NCBI GenBank assembly: GCA_949296915.1
Contig: CASFPX010000017.1
Coordinates: forward strand, 1-44,447
Reading direction: 5' to 3'
DNA from: an uncultured Oscillospiraceae bacterium
GTDB taxonomy: Bacteria > Bacillota > Clostridia > Oscillospirales > Acutalibacteraceae
DNA length: 44,447 nucleotides
Shown piece after piece: positions 1 through 10,776 of the stretch (the stretch's first letter is position 1; each line of letters opens with the position of its first letter). Both the position numbers and the translations under genes were made by a program. Under the pieces are notes generated by a model, which saw only the letters and a program-made list of their open reading frames with translations, was not told the origin of the DNA and made no database searches.

Positions 1-66
1 GCTGGCAGACCGTACCAACGCGACGTGACGCGTGCGCTAGTATTCCAGGGTTTCACCCGTCTGTGC

Positions 67-100
67 AAAACCCCCGGCTTCGCCGGGGGATATTTATTCT
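67..100 (+). terminator. Intrinsic-terminator-like hairpin CCCCCGGC-TTC-GCCGGGGG followed by T-rich tract
   Basis: GC stem read directly at 71..89 followed by ATATTTATT; nearly the same 27-nt motif recurs at 25598..25637. The upstream feature (positions 1..66) is truncated and unidentified. Confidence 0.45.
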
Positions 101-215
101 GGATGCGCTCATGGTTATAGAAGTGAATGTATCTCGATCAGTTCATTCGCTTCCTTGAAAGTCTTAGGCTTGTGCCGGTAGATACATTTTCTTTTATCCG
201 TTCTGGATACTGCTT

Positions 216-315
216 CATACCTTTTCTTCCTGACATACAATTACCCCCTGATGTAGTTATTATCCTACATCAGGGGGCTTTTTGTCTATTGTCCACTTTT
301 AATGGTTCAGTTCAG
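216..315 (+). repeat. Copy A of a ~100-bp repeated element (inverted partner at 44348..44447)
   Basis: Hand alignment: 216..294 matches the reverse complement of 44369..44447 at about 76/79 positions, and 295..315 still matches at roughly 75%. It contains a perfect 13-bp-stem hairpin. Confidence 0.8.
244..284 (+). terminator. Strong Rho-independent terminator inside repeat copy A
   Basis: CCCCCTGATGTAG-TTATTAT-CCTACATCAGGGGG followed by CTTTTTGTC. Confidence 0.7.
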
Positions 316-402
316 GGGGCTTATTCCTTTTCATCTTCTTGGGAGTCATGTTTGTCCGATTGATCACATATGATTAAACGATCAATAGGGGAGGATAACC
401 AC

Positions 403-1032
403 ATGAAAAGGATGCATCAATCCAAAATTCGTTCCGGAAGAGGTTCAACGGCCATTCAAAACAACGGCCTGCTGATCGTGCTCACGACACTGTTCATCAG
501 TGGATTGGTCGTCGGTGCGCTGTGTGTACGTACGGCCGAGGGTGAACTCCTGGGAAAAATGACGCAGCTATTCCAGAACTACACACAAATCCGTGCTCAA
601 CAGTCGATGTTCCAAAATTTTAGCAACTCCTTTATAGCTGGAGCAATCGGGATTTTACTGCTCTACTTGCTTGGACTCACAGCATGGGGAACGCCTTTTA
701 TTCTCTGTATTCCGGCATTTGAAGGGATGGGAATTGGGATGGCGAGCGGTACGCTCTATGCCGATTATGGATGGCCGGGCTTTGGCTATTCGGCACTTAT
801 CATTGTCCCAGGCGCTTTAATTTCGACCATAGCCATTCTGTTATCTGCGCGGGAATCCATCCGCTACTCGGCGGATATTTTTTTAGAGAACTGTCTGCTG
901 CGCACGTCCCGTCACCAGCCGTTTAAAAATTACTCCATTAAATTTTTGATTTTGCTACTACTCGTCGCGGTGGCAGCTACCATCGATATGGTGACGATTC
1001 AATTCTTTGCCAAGCTGTTCCCGCTATTTTAA
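403..1032 (+). CDS. SpoIIM-like (DUF95) stage II sporulation membrane protein
   Basis: Polytopic membrane protein of about 210 aa. RBS GGGGAGGA precedes the ATG at 403 (the ORF track begins at 370). A xerD-like gene lies about 7 kb away, as in the B. subtilis spoIIM-fur-ripX neighbourhood. Confidence 0.5.
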   Translation: MKRMHQSKIRSGRGSTAIQNNGLLIVLTTLFISGLVVGALCVRTAEGELLGKMTQLFQNYTQIRAQQSMFQNFSNSFIAGAIGILLLYLLGLTAWGTPFILCIPAFEGMGIGMASGTLYADYGWPGFGYSALIIVPGALISTIAILLSARESIRYSADIFLENCLLRTSRHQPFKNYSIKFLILLLLVAVAATIDMVTIQFFAKLFPLF

Positions 1033-1047
1033 ATTCACGAAGATGAC

Positions 1048-2715
1048 TCAATTACACTTTTCCTCTGACCACTTTCCGTTAATAGCGTTAAAGATCAAGC
1101 GATATTTTTGCCCATCCTTGGTATAGATCACCTGTATTTCCTTTTTGGAGACATACTCAGCGGATTCAATCTGTGTGTCGCATTCCTTCAAAGCTGTACG
1201 GAACTGGCGCATTTGCTCGTCATTATATCGCCCGATATTATCTGAAATAAAGATCAGGCCACCAAAAAGCGTATTGATTTTAGCAATCAGTTCCCGGCGC
1301 GCTGCATCCATATGGATATTGTAGTCACGCAACAGAATGACATCCGGATCGTTGACAAAGGCGCGTCCGTTCAGCCCGCGGCGAAAAATTGTATTGTAGA
1401 TGTTGCGCTCCGTGGAGACATCCTCGCGATGGGTGGAGTAAAAATAGGGGTTGCGCCCCCAGCCGAGCCCCATATCGGCGCCTGTCCGGCAAAAGTCCAC
1501 TTTACCAAAGGCAGGGGCAAGCGGAACACCACATCCGAGTATTAGCTTATCGCCGACACACTCGCGCAAAAAGTCCATGCACTCACACATCAACTGGCCG
1601 CGCGATTTGTTGTTCCTCGGAATGATGCTGACCGAGTAGAGAAAGTCGAGTTTTACCATATCAAATCCCCACTCATTCAGAATTACATCAAAAAAGCGGC
1701 GGATATGTTCGCGGACTTGGGGGTGATCCGTATCCAGCGAATAGAAACCTCCCCAGTTCTGCCCGCACTCGACAAGGTTGCCCTGCCTGTCACGAATTAG
1801 CCATTCCGGGTGCTCCTTTTCAAAAGCGGATCCCTTTTGAGCGGAGGTTGGAGCCAGCCAGATACCGGCCAAAAGGCCTTTGGCGTGGATTGTATCCGCA
1901 ACCTTCTTCATCCCATTGGGGAACTTTTTTTCATCAACGCTGAGCCAATCTCCTACTGCAGTCTGATATCCGTCGTCAATCTGAAAAATATCAATTTTTT
2001 CATCCAGTTTGGCGAGGGCCTCCATATCGTCGGCAACAATTTTTTCGTTGATATTGGGATAATAGTTGTACCATGTTGTGTAACCGGTACGGCGGTGCTC
2101 ACGCGGTTTTGGGATATTCATTGCACGAAAATAGGCATCAAATACCTCCTGCTCACTACCCTTACAGAATACGACATCCATAGCCTCATAGGGTTCTTGG
2201 ATTAGGACACCCTCCAGATCCTTTTGGATGGTGAGCGTTCCCGCCGGACAGTCAAAGTAAATGATCGTATAGCCGTTCCGTTCACTCAGGGATCCAATCA
2301 ATTCATATTTGTTATTCCACCGGACATACCCGTAGGAGAAGCCGTGGAACACACCGCGCCGCTTGGAATAGTGGGTAAAGGTGTAGTCCCCCACATTTTT
2401 GAGGCTGGTGTTGAATACATTCCGTCTGGCAGTCAAATAGATATGGGACATCCTGTCATTTTTGCGGTATTCGCGCGTATCCGTCCAGGACTGATAGCCA
2501 TTGGGTAGAATCCGGCAGTCCCCGGAATAGTCATATGGGAAAATTACGTTAAAACTGCAAAATTCCACGGCGGCCTTGGGCAGAATTTTGATTTTCAAAT
2601 GGTCGGCTGCCGCATCCACTTCAAGCAAAAAATGTTCGCATACGTCACCGGAAAAATCGTATTTTTTCTGATTGCAAATATAGCTTCCTTCAATTTTAAA
2701 ATTTGTCTGAAGCAT
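1048..2715 (-). CDS. Glycoside hydrolase, GH36-type alpha-galactosidase (short ~550-aa subgroup)
   Basis: 555 aa. The motif IFQIDDGYQ...GDW resembles the DDGW region of melibiase-family enzymes, followed by FDMVKLDF. The size matches the Thermotoga GalA-like subgroup. Confidence 0.6.
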   Translation of the reverse strand: MLQTNFKIEGSYICNQKKYDFSGDVCEHFLLEVDAAADHLKIKILPKAAVEFCSFNVIFPYDYSGDCRILPNGYQSWTDTREYRKNDRMSHIYLTARRNVFNTSLKNVGDYTFTHYSKRRGVFHGFSYGYVRWNNKYELIGSLSERNGYTIIYFDCPAGTLTIQKDLEGVLIQEPYEAMDVVFCKGSEQEVFDAYFRAMNIPKPREHRRTGYTTWYNYYPNINEKIVADDMEALAKLDEKIDIFQIDDGYQTAVGDWLSVDEKKFPNGMKKVADTIHAKGLLAGIWLAPTSAQKGSAFEKEHPEWLIRDRQGNLVECGQNWGGFYSLDTDHPQVREHIRRFFDVILNEWGFDMVKLDFLYSVSIIPRNNKSRGQLMCECMDFLRECVGDKLILGCGVPLAPAFGKVDFCRTGADMGLGWGRNPYFYSTHREDVSTERNIYNTIFRRGLNGRAFVNDPDVILLRDYNIHMDAARRELIAKINTLFGGLIFISDNIGRYNDEQMRQFRTALKECDTQIESAEYVSKKEIQVIYTKDGQKYRLIFNAINGKWSEEKCN

Positions 2716-2859
2716 ACTCCCTCAACTCCTCTGAATGATTTCAACCTCAATCATTATACAGGCTTATATATCTGTTTTCAAGCGTTTGGGAGACTTTATT
2801 TTCACATACAGGGGAGGGGATGCATATATTGGAAAATCAGGGATTCGGGGTGAAAACAG

Positions 2860-3513
2860 ATGAAAAAAATGCGCAGAATGCGTATCAAACGGCGCCGTCC
2901 ACACAAAATCCTTTACTTGTTACCTGTTATTCTTGTGCTTGTGGTGACGGTACTTTTGCTTATTGATGCCCGTGTACGGCCGATGCTGCGCACACTTGCT
3001 GTCAATCAGGCGCGTACAATGGCAGTGGAGGCAATCGATCGGGAGGTTTCCGACTATATAGCCAGCCAACAGGGGAGTATCAATGGGTATTTAAAAGTGT
3101 CCAAGGACAGTTCTGGTAGGGTTATCTCCATTGAGTCCGATGCGGCTCATATGAATCAGACAAAATCTGATATCAATTTGGCGGTAACCTCCTGTTTGCA
3201 GTCCATGGGGGAACGGAATGTATCAATTCCAACAGGTTCTCTGAGCGGTATAGCCATGCTGTACGGGCGGGGACCTGCCGTTAACATAAAACTGAACATG
3301 ACCGGCCATTCCACTGCCAATATTACGGAAGACTTTTCTGCTGCGGGTATCAATCAGACGCTGCACCGTGTCCTTTTAAATATTTGCGCCGAAATCTATA
3401 TTGCCTTACCCGGTTATAGTAAGTCTGAGCAGATCAGTACGGACTTCATACTCTCGCAAACGGTCATTGTTGGAGATATCCCTTTGGTCTATGCCACTGG
3501 AGAAAAGGAATAG
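2860..3513 (+). CDS. Sporulation protein YunB-like
   Basis: Basic N-terminus with a single TM segment, then an A/V/I-rich region. The length and composition are typical of YunB. Confidence 0.5.
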   Translation: MKKMRRMRIKRRRPHKILYLLPVILVLVVTVLLLIDARVRPMLRTLAVNQARTMAVEAIDREVSDYIASQQGSINGYLKVSKDSSGRVISIESDAAHMNQTKSDINLAVTSCLQSMGERNVSIPTGSLSGIAMLYGRGPAVNIKLNMTGHSTANITEDFSAAGINQTLHRVLLNICAEIYIALPGYSKSEQISTDFILSQTVIVGDIPLVYATGEKE

Positions 3514-3537
3514 CAAGTTTTAAGTGGAAAGTTCATG

Positions 3538-5592
<2,055 letters not shown>

Positions 5593-5665
5593 TGCTGTGA
5601 AGCGTCTGTTTTGCCCTGGAGTGACATATCCTTATAATAAACACAGACGATGGGGGATATGTCAA

Positions 5666-6544
5666 ATGGTAATCCGTTTGAAAAAGAAATATATTGTTGT
5701 CGCCATCACCTTCGTGATGATGCTACCACTGATAGCTGGTGGGGCAAAACATTTTGCCGTGTCTGTCTCCGCGTCTATGCCGGTAGATGAAAATGAGCGC
5801 TTGCTTCCTGTTATCATGTATCATCAATTGACAGATAATACGGCCAATGCTGGGCCATACGTGCTCACAGCTCAGCAATTTGAGTCCGATATGCGCTATA
5901 TTAAGAGCAGGGGATATACCTCTGTAACAACACAGCAGTTAATCGACTACGCCAATCAACGCAGCTCTTTGCCCGAGAAGCCAATCCTGATTACGTTTGA
6001 CGATGGATACGAGAGTTTTGTTCCCTACGTGCAGCCTGTATTAAAAGAACTTGATATGTATGCTGTGGTTTCTGTAATTGGTTCTGTGGCACAGACCTAT
6101 ACAGATACAGTCGATCATAATATCCGGTATTCTCATCTGTCCTGGGAAGGAATACAACAGTTGAGCCAGGATCCTCATGTGGAGATTGGCAATCACACTT
6201 ATAATCTGCATTCGCTGGACCGGGGGCGGCGTGGGTGCCGAATTAACTCTGGCGAGGAAGTTGGTGCATATAAGGCAATGCTGACCGCTGATCTTACAAA
6301 AACTCAGGATTTGCTCGAGAAATACACGGGAGCCCCCGCAAAGACCTTTGCTTATCCATTCGGCGCGCGCTGTTCTCAATCGGAGGAAGTCCTTCGCTCG
6401 ATGGGGTTTCAGGTCGTGCTGACTTGTGCGGAAAAGATCAACCACATCACAAATCAGTCAACCGATTGGCTCTATGACCTCGGGCGCTTTAATCGCCCGA
6501 GTGGAAAGACAAGTGAGCAGTTTTTTCAAAAAATTTTAGTTTAA
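5666..6544 (+). CDS. Polysaccharide deacetylase (NodB-homology domain) family protein
   Basis: ITFDDGY motif, conserved His residues, and an N-terminal TM segment. Start placed at ATG 5666 with a GGGGGA RBS; the ORF track begins at a GTG at 5597. Confidence 0.8.
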   Translation: MVIRLKKKYIVVAITFVMMLPLIAGGAKHFAVSVSASMPVDENERLLPVIMYHQLTDNTANAGPYVLTAQQFESDMRYIKSRGYTSVTTQQLIDYANQRSSLPEKPILITFDDGYESFVPYVQPVLKELDMYAVVSVIGSVAQTYTDTVDHNIRYSHLSWEGIQQLSQDPHVEIGNHTYNLHSLDRGRRGCRINSGEEVGAYKAMLTADLTKTQDLLEKYTGAPAKTFAYPFGARCSQSEEVLRSMGFQVVLTCAEKINHITNQSTDWLYDLGRFNRPSGKTSEQFFQKILV

Positions 6545-6559
6545 AGTGGGGAGATTCGT

Positions 6560-7468
6560 ATGGTGGACTTAATTATTATTGGTGCCGGACCAGCCGGCAT
6601 GACCGCTGCGATTTATGCCTGCCGATCCGGATTGAGCGTCCAGGTGCTGGATAAGTTTTCCTATGGTGGGCAGGTGGCATTGACCAGCGAGGTGGAGAAT
6701 TACCCCGGAGTTCTGAACGCAAATGGATCAGAATTATCGCAATTATTTTACCAACAAGCAAAAGCAGCCGGGGCAGAGTTTATCTCTGGGGACATCAATC
6801 GGGTGGAACTTACAGGAAAAAATAAAAAAGTATATACGCGCCGGCAAGCATTTGAAGCACATGCGGTTATCATTGCAAACGGTGTCACGCGCCGAAAAAT
6901 AGGATGCCCTGGCGAATCAGAGTTTTCCGGACGAGGGGTTTCCTATTGTGCGACTTGCGACGGCGCTTTTTATAAGGGAAAAGATGTAGTTGTAGTAGGG
7001 GGCGGCAATACAGCAATTGAAGATGCTCTATATTTGAGCGCAATCTGTCGCAAAGTATATGTGGTGCACCGCAGGGAAACGTTCCGAGCAGAAAAATACC
7101 TGGTGGATGCTCTAAAACGTAAGGATAATGTTCAATATATACTGAATGCCACCGTTGCCGAGATATGCGGCCAAGAGATGGTACAGTGCGTGCGGTGTAA
7201 TACGCCGGGCGGTGAACGTAAAATTGAAGTCAATGCAGTTTTTGTTGCAATTGGCGCATTACCGGATAATTCGATTTACACCGCAGAAGTAAATATAGAT
7301 AATGAAGGATATTTCGACGCAGGAGAAGACTGTAAAACGAATGTGCCAGGTGTATTTGTGGCGGGAGACTGCCGCAGAAAACCGATCAAACAGATTGTGA
7401 CAGCAACAGCGGACGGAGCAGTAGCTGCAACTTTTGCTGCGGAATATATCCATTCGATGGAAAAATGA
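6560..7468 (+). CDS. trxB: Thioredoxin-disulfide reductase
   Basis: GAGPAGMTAA FAD-binding motif, CATCDG redox-active site, and a GGGNTA NADPH-binding motif. Confidence 0.9.
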   Translation: MVDLIIIGAGPAGMTAAIYACRSGLSVQVLDKFSYGGQVALTSEVENYPGVLNANGSELSQLFYQQAKAAGAEFISGDINRVELTGKNKKVYTRRQAFEAHAVIIANGVTRRKIGCPGESEFSGRGVSYCATCDGAFYKGKDVVVVGGGNTAIEDALYLSAICRKVYVVHRRETFRAEKYLVDALKRKDNVQYILNATVAEICGQEMVQCVRCNTPGGERKIEVNAVFVAIGALPDNSIYTAEVNIDNEGYFDAGEDCKTNVPGVFVAGDCRRKPIKQIVTATADGAVAATFAAEYIHSMEK

Positions 7469-7527
7469 GATTGAATTTAAAATTTTACGTGAGGGGGAAC
7501 CGTTGCGAGAGCTTGTGGAAAACACAG

Positions 7528-7561
7528 ATAATTATACAAAATGAAGATTTTGTATAATTAA
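7528..7561. promoter_or_regulatory. Perfect palindrome (15-bp arms, 4-bp spacer) overlapping the -10 region of the recombinase gene
   Basis: ATAATTATACAAAAT-gaag-ATTTTGTATAATTAA. The right arm contains TATAAT and is followed by an AGGAGG RBS and the ATG at 7575. Confidence 0.5.
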
Positions 7562-7574
7562 GAGGAGGGCAACT

Positions 7575-8582
7575 ATGCATCAAGATGAGATTTTACAACT
7601 TCCTGAATTGGTTCAGGAATATTTACGATATATTTCCGTTGTAAAAAACAAATCTACTACGACCATATCTGAATATGCTTCTGATCTGCGAACTTTTTTC
7701 CGTTTTTTAAAGGCTTCACGTCTTCGTATGCCCCTTAACGATAACGATCTCGCGGAGATTGATCTGACAGATATTGACGAGCCGTTTATTCGCTCAATCA
7801 CCCTTAATGATGCCTATGAATTTCTATATTACTGTAAAAACGAACGTTTGAATGATGCTGCATCACGTGCACGTAAGACCTCTGCAATCCGGCAGTTTTT
7901 TCACTATCTGACTAATAATAAAGGTATTTTGGATAGCGATCCGATGGCGAATCTTGACACGCCAAAGCTTAAAAAATCTTTACCCAAATACTTATCAATT
8001 GATGAGAGCAAATGTTTGCTTGCGGCTGTGGACGGAAAAAATAAGGAGCGTGATTACTGTATTATCACGCTCTTCCTAAATTGTGGCATGCGTTTATCAG
8101 AACTGGTTGGGCTCAATTTAAACAGTATCAAAAGCAACAATACGATGGTAGTGACCGGAAAAGGTAATAAGGAGCGGACTGTTTATTTGAACGAAGCGTG
8201 CCTCAGTGCATTACAATCGTATTTGGCTGTCCGGCCGCGTGACGGTGTAATCGACCGCGACGCCTTATTCCTGAGCGGCCGTAAAAAACGTATTAGCCCT
8301 AAGACTGTGCAATATATTATTAAGACGGATTTGGACAAGGCCGGCCTTGGCGGTGCGGGATATTCAACGCACAAATTGCGCCACACAGCCGCTACGCTTA
8401 TGTATCAGACAGGCAATGTAGACGTGCTCACCATTAAGGAAATTTTGGGCCATGAAAACCTGAATACTACCCAGATCTATACACATACCAGTAAGGATCT
8501 GTTGCGGGAGGCTGTCGAAAGCAATCCTCTTTCTCAAATTGAAGCTCCCTCCCCTTCTCACAAGGAGGGCACGGAGGAGTAG
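7575..8582 (+). CDS. Tyrosine site-specific recombinase, XerD/XerC family
   Basis: N-terminal SAM-like core-binding domain; catalytic residues R...HKLRHT...R...Y (HENLNTTQIYTH). No flanking att-like repeats seen, and both neighbours are housekeeping genes. Confidence 0.85.
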   Translation: MHQDEILQLPELVQEYLRYISVVKNKSTTTISEYASDLRTFFRFLKASRLRMPLNDNDLAEIDLTDIDEPFIRSITLNDAYEFLYYCKNERLNDAASRARKTSAIRQFFHYLTNNKGILDSDPMANLDTPKLKKSLPKYLSIDESKCLLAAVDGKNKERDYCIITLFLNCGMRLSELVGLNLNSIKSNNTMVVTGKGNKERTVYLNEACLSALQSYLAVRPRDGVIDRDALFLSGRKKRISPKTVQYIIKTDLDKAGLGGAGYSTHKLRHTAATLMYQTGNVDVLTIKEILGHENLNTTQIYTHTSKDLLREAVESNPLSQIEAPSPSHKEGTEE

Positions 8583-8599
8583 TTCCTCACAATGATATC

Positions 8600-8634
8600 A
8601 AAAAATCCAGTCGAGGTTTCGACTGGATTTTTTA
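8600..8634. terminator. Bidirectional intrinsic terminator between convergent genes
   Basis: AAAAAATCCAGTCGA-GGTT-TCGACTGGATTTTTT. Confidence 0.7.
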
Positions 8635-8659
8635 ACCATTCGATATTTGTAAAATAGAA

Positions 8660-9247
8660 TCAGCCCTGGATACTGGATCCACAGTACTCGCATTCGGCAA
8701 CGCAACCCTTTTGGACCGCGTTGACTCCACCGCATCCTTTGCAAACTACCGTTGTCATCTGCGCAGCAGCCGGTGCACTCTGCGGTTCATTGTAGTCTCC
8801 CTGACGTGGAGTCGTATCCGTCAATGGAGCCTGCTCACGATTGGGGAAGCAGAGACGATTTTGATCTCGATCAATATATGCATTGGCAAAATATTTCTTT
8901 TTAATCATTTTATCCAAATTTTTGATGACGGTCTCCTCCTCCGTACCCAATGAGGATGCAAGATTGGAGATAGAACCGGTAGGATCATTGGAGAGCAGTG
9001 CGACATACTTTTTAAAGTTCTTAATCAACTGGTGTCGAATCGCACTCAGAACGATCAGAAGTACTCCAAGCAAATCCATAACGATCATCACAACTATAAA
9101 AGCTTTATCGGAGCTAAGTTCCTCATCCGTCAGCCCAGCGACTGTCATAAGGCCAAAGAAAATCACAATGACAATGCCTAAAATTAGCTGGACTTTTTCC
9201 ACGATTGTACTGAGGATCAATTTTGTCTTAGTCTGATTTGATTTCAT
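8660..9247 (-). CDS. Membrane protein with C-terminal zinc ribbon (YdjG-like partner of the SPFH protein)
   Basis: Two N-terminal TM helices; C-terminal CKGCGG...CEYCG motif. Lies 48 nt downstream of the SPFH gene on the same strand. Confidence 0.6.
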   Translation of the reverse strand: MKSNQTKTKLILSTIVEKVQLILGIVIVIFFGLMTVAGLTDEELSSDKAFIVVMIVMDLLGVLLIVLSAIRHQLIKNFKKYVALLSNDPTGSISNLASSLGTEEETVIKNLDKMIKKKYFANAYIDRDQNRLCFPNREQAPLTDTTPRQGDYNEPQSAPAAAQMTTVVCKGCGGVNAVQKGCVAECEYCGSSIQG

Positions 9248-9295
9248 GATTTTATCCTTTCCCTTCTTATCTATTGAAAATTGGGGCGATTTTGC

Positions 9296-10621
9296 TTATA
9301 GTTTTTCGCCACACTCAGGGCAAAATTTAGGGGAACCATCAATTGCTGCGTTGCATTTGGGGCAACGCTTGACAAGGACTTGGCCGCATTCCGGACAAAA
9401 TTTTGCCTTGGATGAGATCTTAGCTCCGCATCCCGGACATAATACCGGTGCTTCATATCCGCACTTGGGGCAGGATTGGGCGTTGTCGGGCAGATCTGTT
9501 CCGCAGTTCGGGCAGGGATTGATTTTTCTCCCACACTCGGGGCAAAACTTTATATGAGGTGTGATTTCGGCTCCACAGGAGGAACATTGCGGCTTTTTTT
9601 CCTGATCAGCGCGGGAGTCACTTTTTTCAAAATCAAAACCACAGTTCCCGCAGAATCGCTGGGCGGTTGGAACAACTGCATGACATTTAGGACACTCTTG
9701 TGTGTTTTCCTTGGGGGCGTTCAGGTTGATTTCCTGAGCCACGGCACCAAATCCGCCGCCAACGGATTGCCCCATGCCAAATCCCATTCCGACGCCAAGA
9801 CCAGCCCCCATGATCGGAGCGGCTGTAGAACCGGGATTGGTTGCTGCCCCCTCCATTGTATCAAAGGAGCGCTCCTGCTGATAGCTGTAACCAATGATAT
9901 TCATCTCCGCACGTTTGGCCAGCGCTTCCTTGAGTTGTTTTACCGCCGGATCGTCCTCCGGTACGCTGATATCGTTGACATAAAACGTGACAAGATCAAT
10001 ACCGTACTCCTCCATCGTGGGCTGGATCTGCTTGTGCATATACTGTGAAATCTCGTCCAAATAGGCGTTGATTTCCAGAATACTGATCCCCTCATGGATC
10101 AGATATGTAGAAATTGCGTCCTTTACCTTCTGTACATACAGGCTACGGAAATACTTGGTAATAGAGGTCTTGTCAAAAGCGGGCATCGTTCCGACAAGCT
10201 TGATTAAGAACTTCCTGGAATCCGCAATTTTGATACCAAAGGCGCCATAAGAACGAACGGGAATAAAGACCCCGTACTTGGGATCCTGTACTTGTATAGG
10301 CGTCGGTGTACCCCACTTTACATCCAGATTATAGGCTTTGTTGATGAACCATACCTCTGCTGTAAAAGGAGAACGTCCGCCAAACGGAAGATTGATGATA
10401 TTGTTCAGCAACGGAATATTAGCTGTCTCCAACGTATGGCGGCCACTCCTAAAGATGTCCAGAACCTTACCGCCCTTGACCAAAACCGCCTCTTGCGATT
10501 CGTTAACAATCAACTGCGTCCAAGTCCCGAGCTCCTCGCTGGGATACTTCCAAGCAAACACGTCGGCTCCACCGTTATATTTTACTACTTCAACAACAGC
10601 CATCCCAAAACTCCCCCACAA
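9296..10621 (-). CDS. SPFH/band-7 domain protein with C-terminal 5x zinc-ribbon array (YdjI/COG4260-like)
   Basis: N-terminal ~290-aa SPFH-like domain, a Gly/Met-rich linker, then ten CxxC pairs (CPKC, CGNC, CSSC, CPEC, CPNC, CPKC, CPGC, CPEC, CPKC, CPEC). Confidence 0.8.
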   Translation of the reverse strand: MWGSFGMAVVEVVKYNGGADVFAWKYPSEELGTWTQLIVNESQEAVLVKGGKVLDIFRSGRHTLETANIPLLNNIINLPFGGRSPFTAEVWFINKAYNLDVKWGTPTPIQVQDPKYGVFIPVRSYGAFGIKIADSRKFLIKLVGTMPAFDKTSITKYFRSLYVQKVKDAISTYLIHEGISILEINAYLDEISQYMHKQIQPTMEEYGIDLVTFYVNDISVPEDDPAVKQLKEALAKRAEMNIIGYSYQQERSFDTMEGAATNPGSTAAPIMGAGLGVGMGFGMGQSVGGGFGAVAQEINLNAPKENTQECPKCHAVVPTAQRFCGNCGFDFEKSDSRADQEKKPQCSSCGAEITPHIKFCPECGRKINPCPNCGTDLPDNAQSCPKCGYEAPVLCPGCGAKISSKAKFCPECGQVLVKRCPKCNAAIDGSPKFCPECGEKL

Positions 10622-10721
10622 TTCAAATCCCGCATGCGCGCGATTTTTCCATATCTATACTATATTATTATACTCCCAAAGTACTGCCGAATCAATATGG
10701 AATATCGGAGTTACTTGTTGT

Positions 10722-10757
10722 CTAAAAAATAGGGATGGGCAGCAATCCCCATCCCCG
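10722..10757 (-). terminator. Intrinsic terminator downstream of mazF/ndoA
   Basis: Minus strand reads GGGGATGGGGATTGCTGCCCATCCC followed by TATTTTTTAG. A TTGATT-17-TATAAT promoter for the SPFH gene follows. Confidence 0.7.
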
Positions 10758-10776
10758 GTCGCAATACGTTCGGCTT

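Noticed and set aside
1-66. Truncated feature at the left edge (frames 1 and 3 are open; possible structured RNA 3' end before the terminator at 67..100)
   Set aside because: It is too short to assign. I checked group II intron domain V, tmRNA and RNase P 3'-end signatures by eye and found no convincing match.
127-363. 78-aa plus-strand ORF at the window start
   Set aside because: It overlaps the repeat element and its terminator hairpin. It has no RBS and a low-complexity, non-protein-like composition.
7575-8582. Tyrosine recombinase as a marker of an integrated mobile element
   Set aside because: It has XerC/D-type architecture with housekeeping neighbours on both sides (trxB upstream, a terminator and then the convergent SPFH pair downstream). 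There are no flanking direct repeats, no tRNA-adjacent att site, and no phage or conjugation genes. A spoIIM-like gene lies nearby, as in the B. subtilis ripX locus. Chromosomal XerD is the most likely call.
9246-9557. Plus-strand 103-aa ORF with repeated PHSGQN/PHLGQ units, which looks like a repeat protein or a DNA tandem array
   Set aside because: It is the antisense reading of the repeated CP(E/K)CG zinc-ribbon codons of the SPFH gene on the minus strand. The DNA repeats are imperfect and coding, so this is neither a CRISPR array nor a VNTR.
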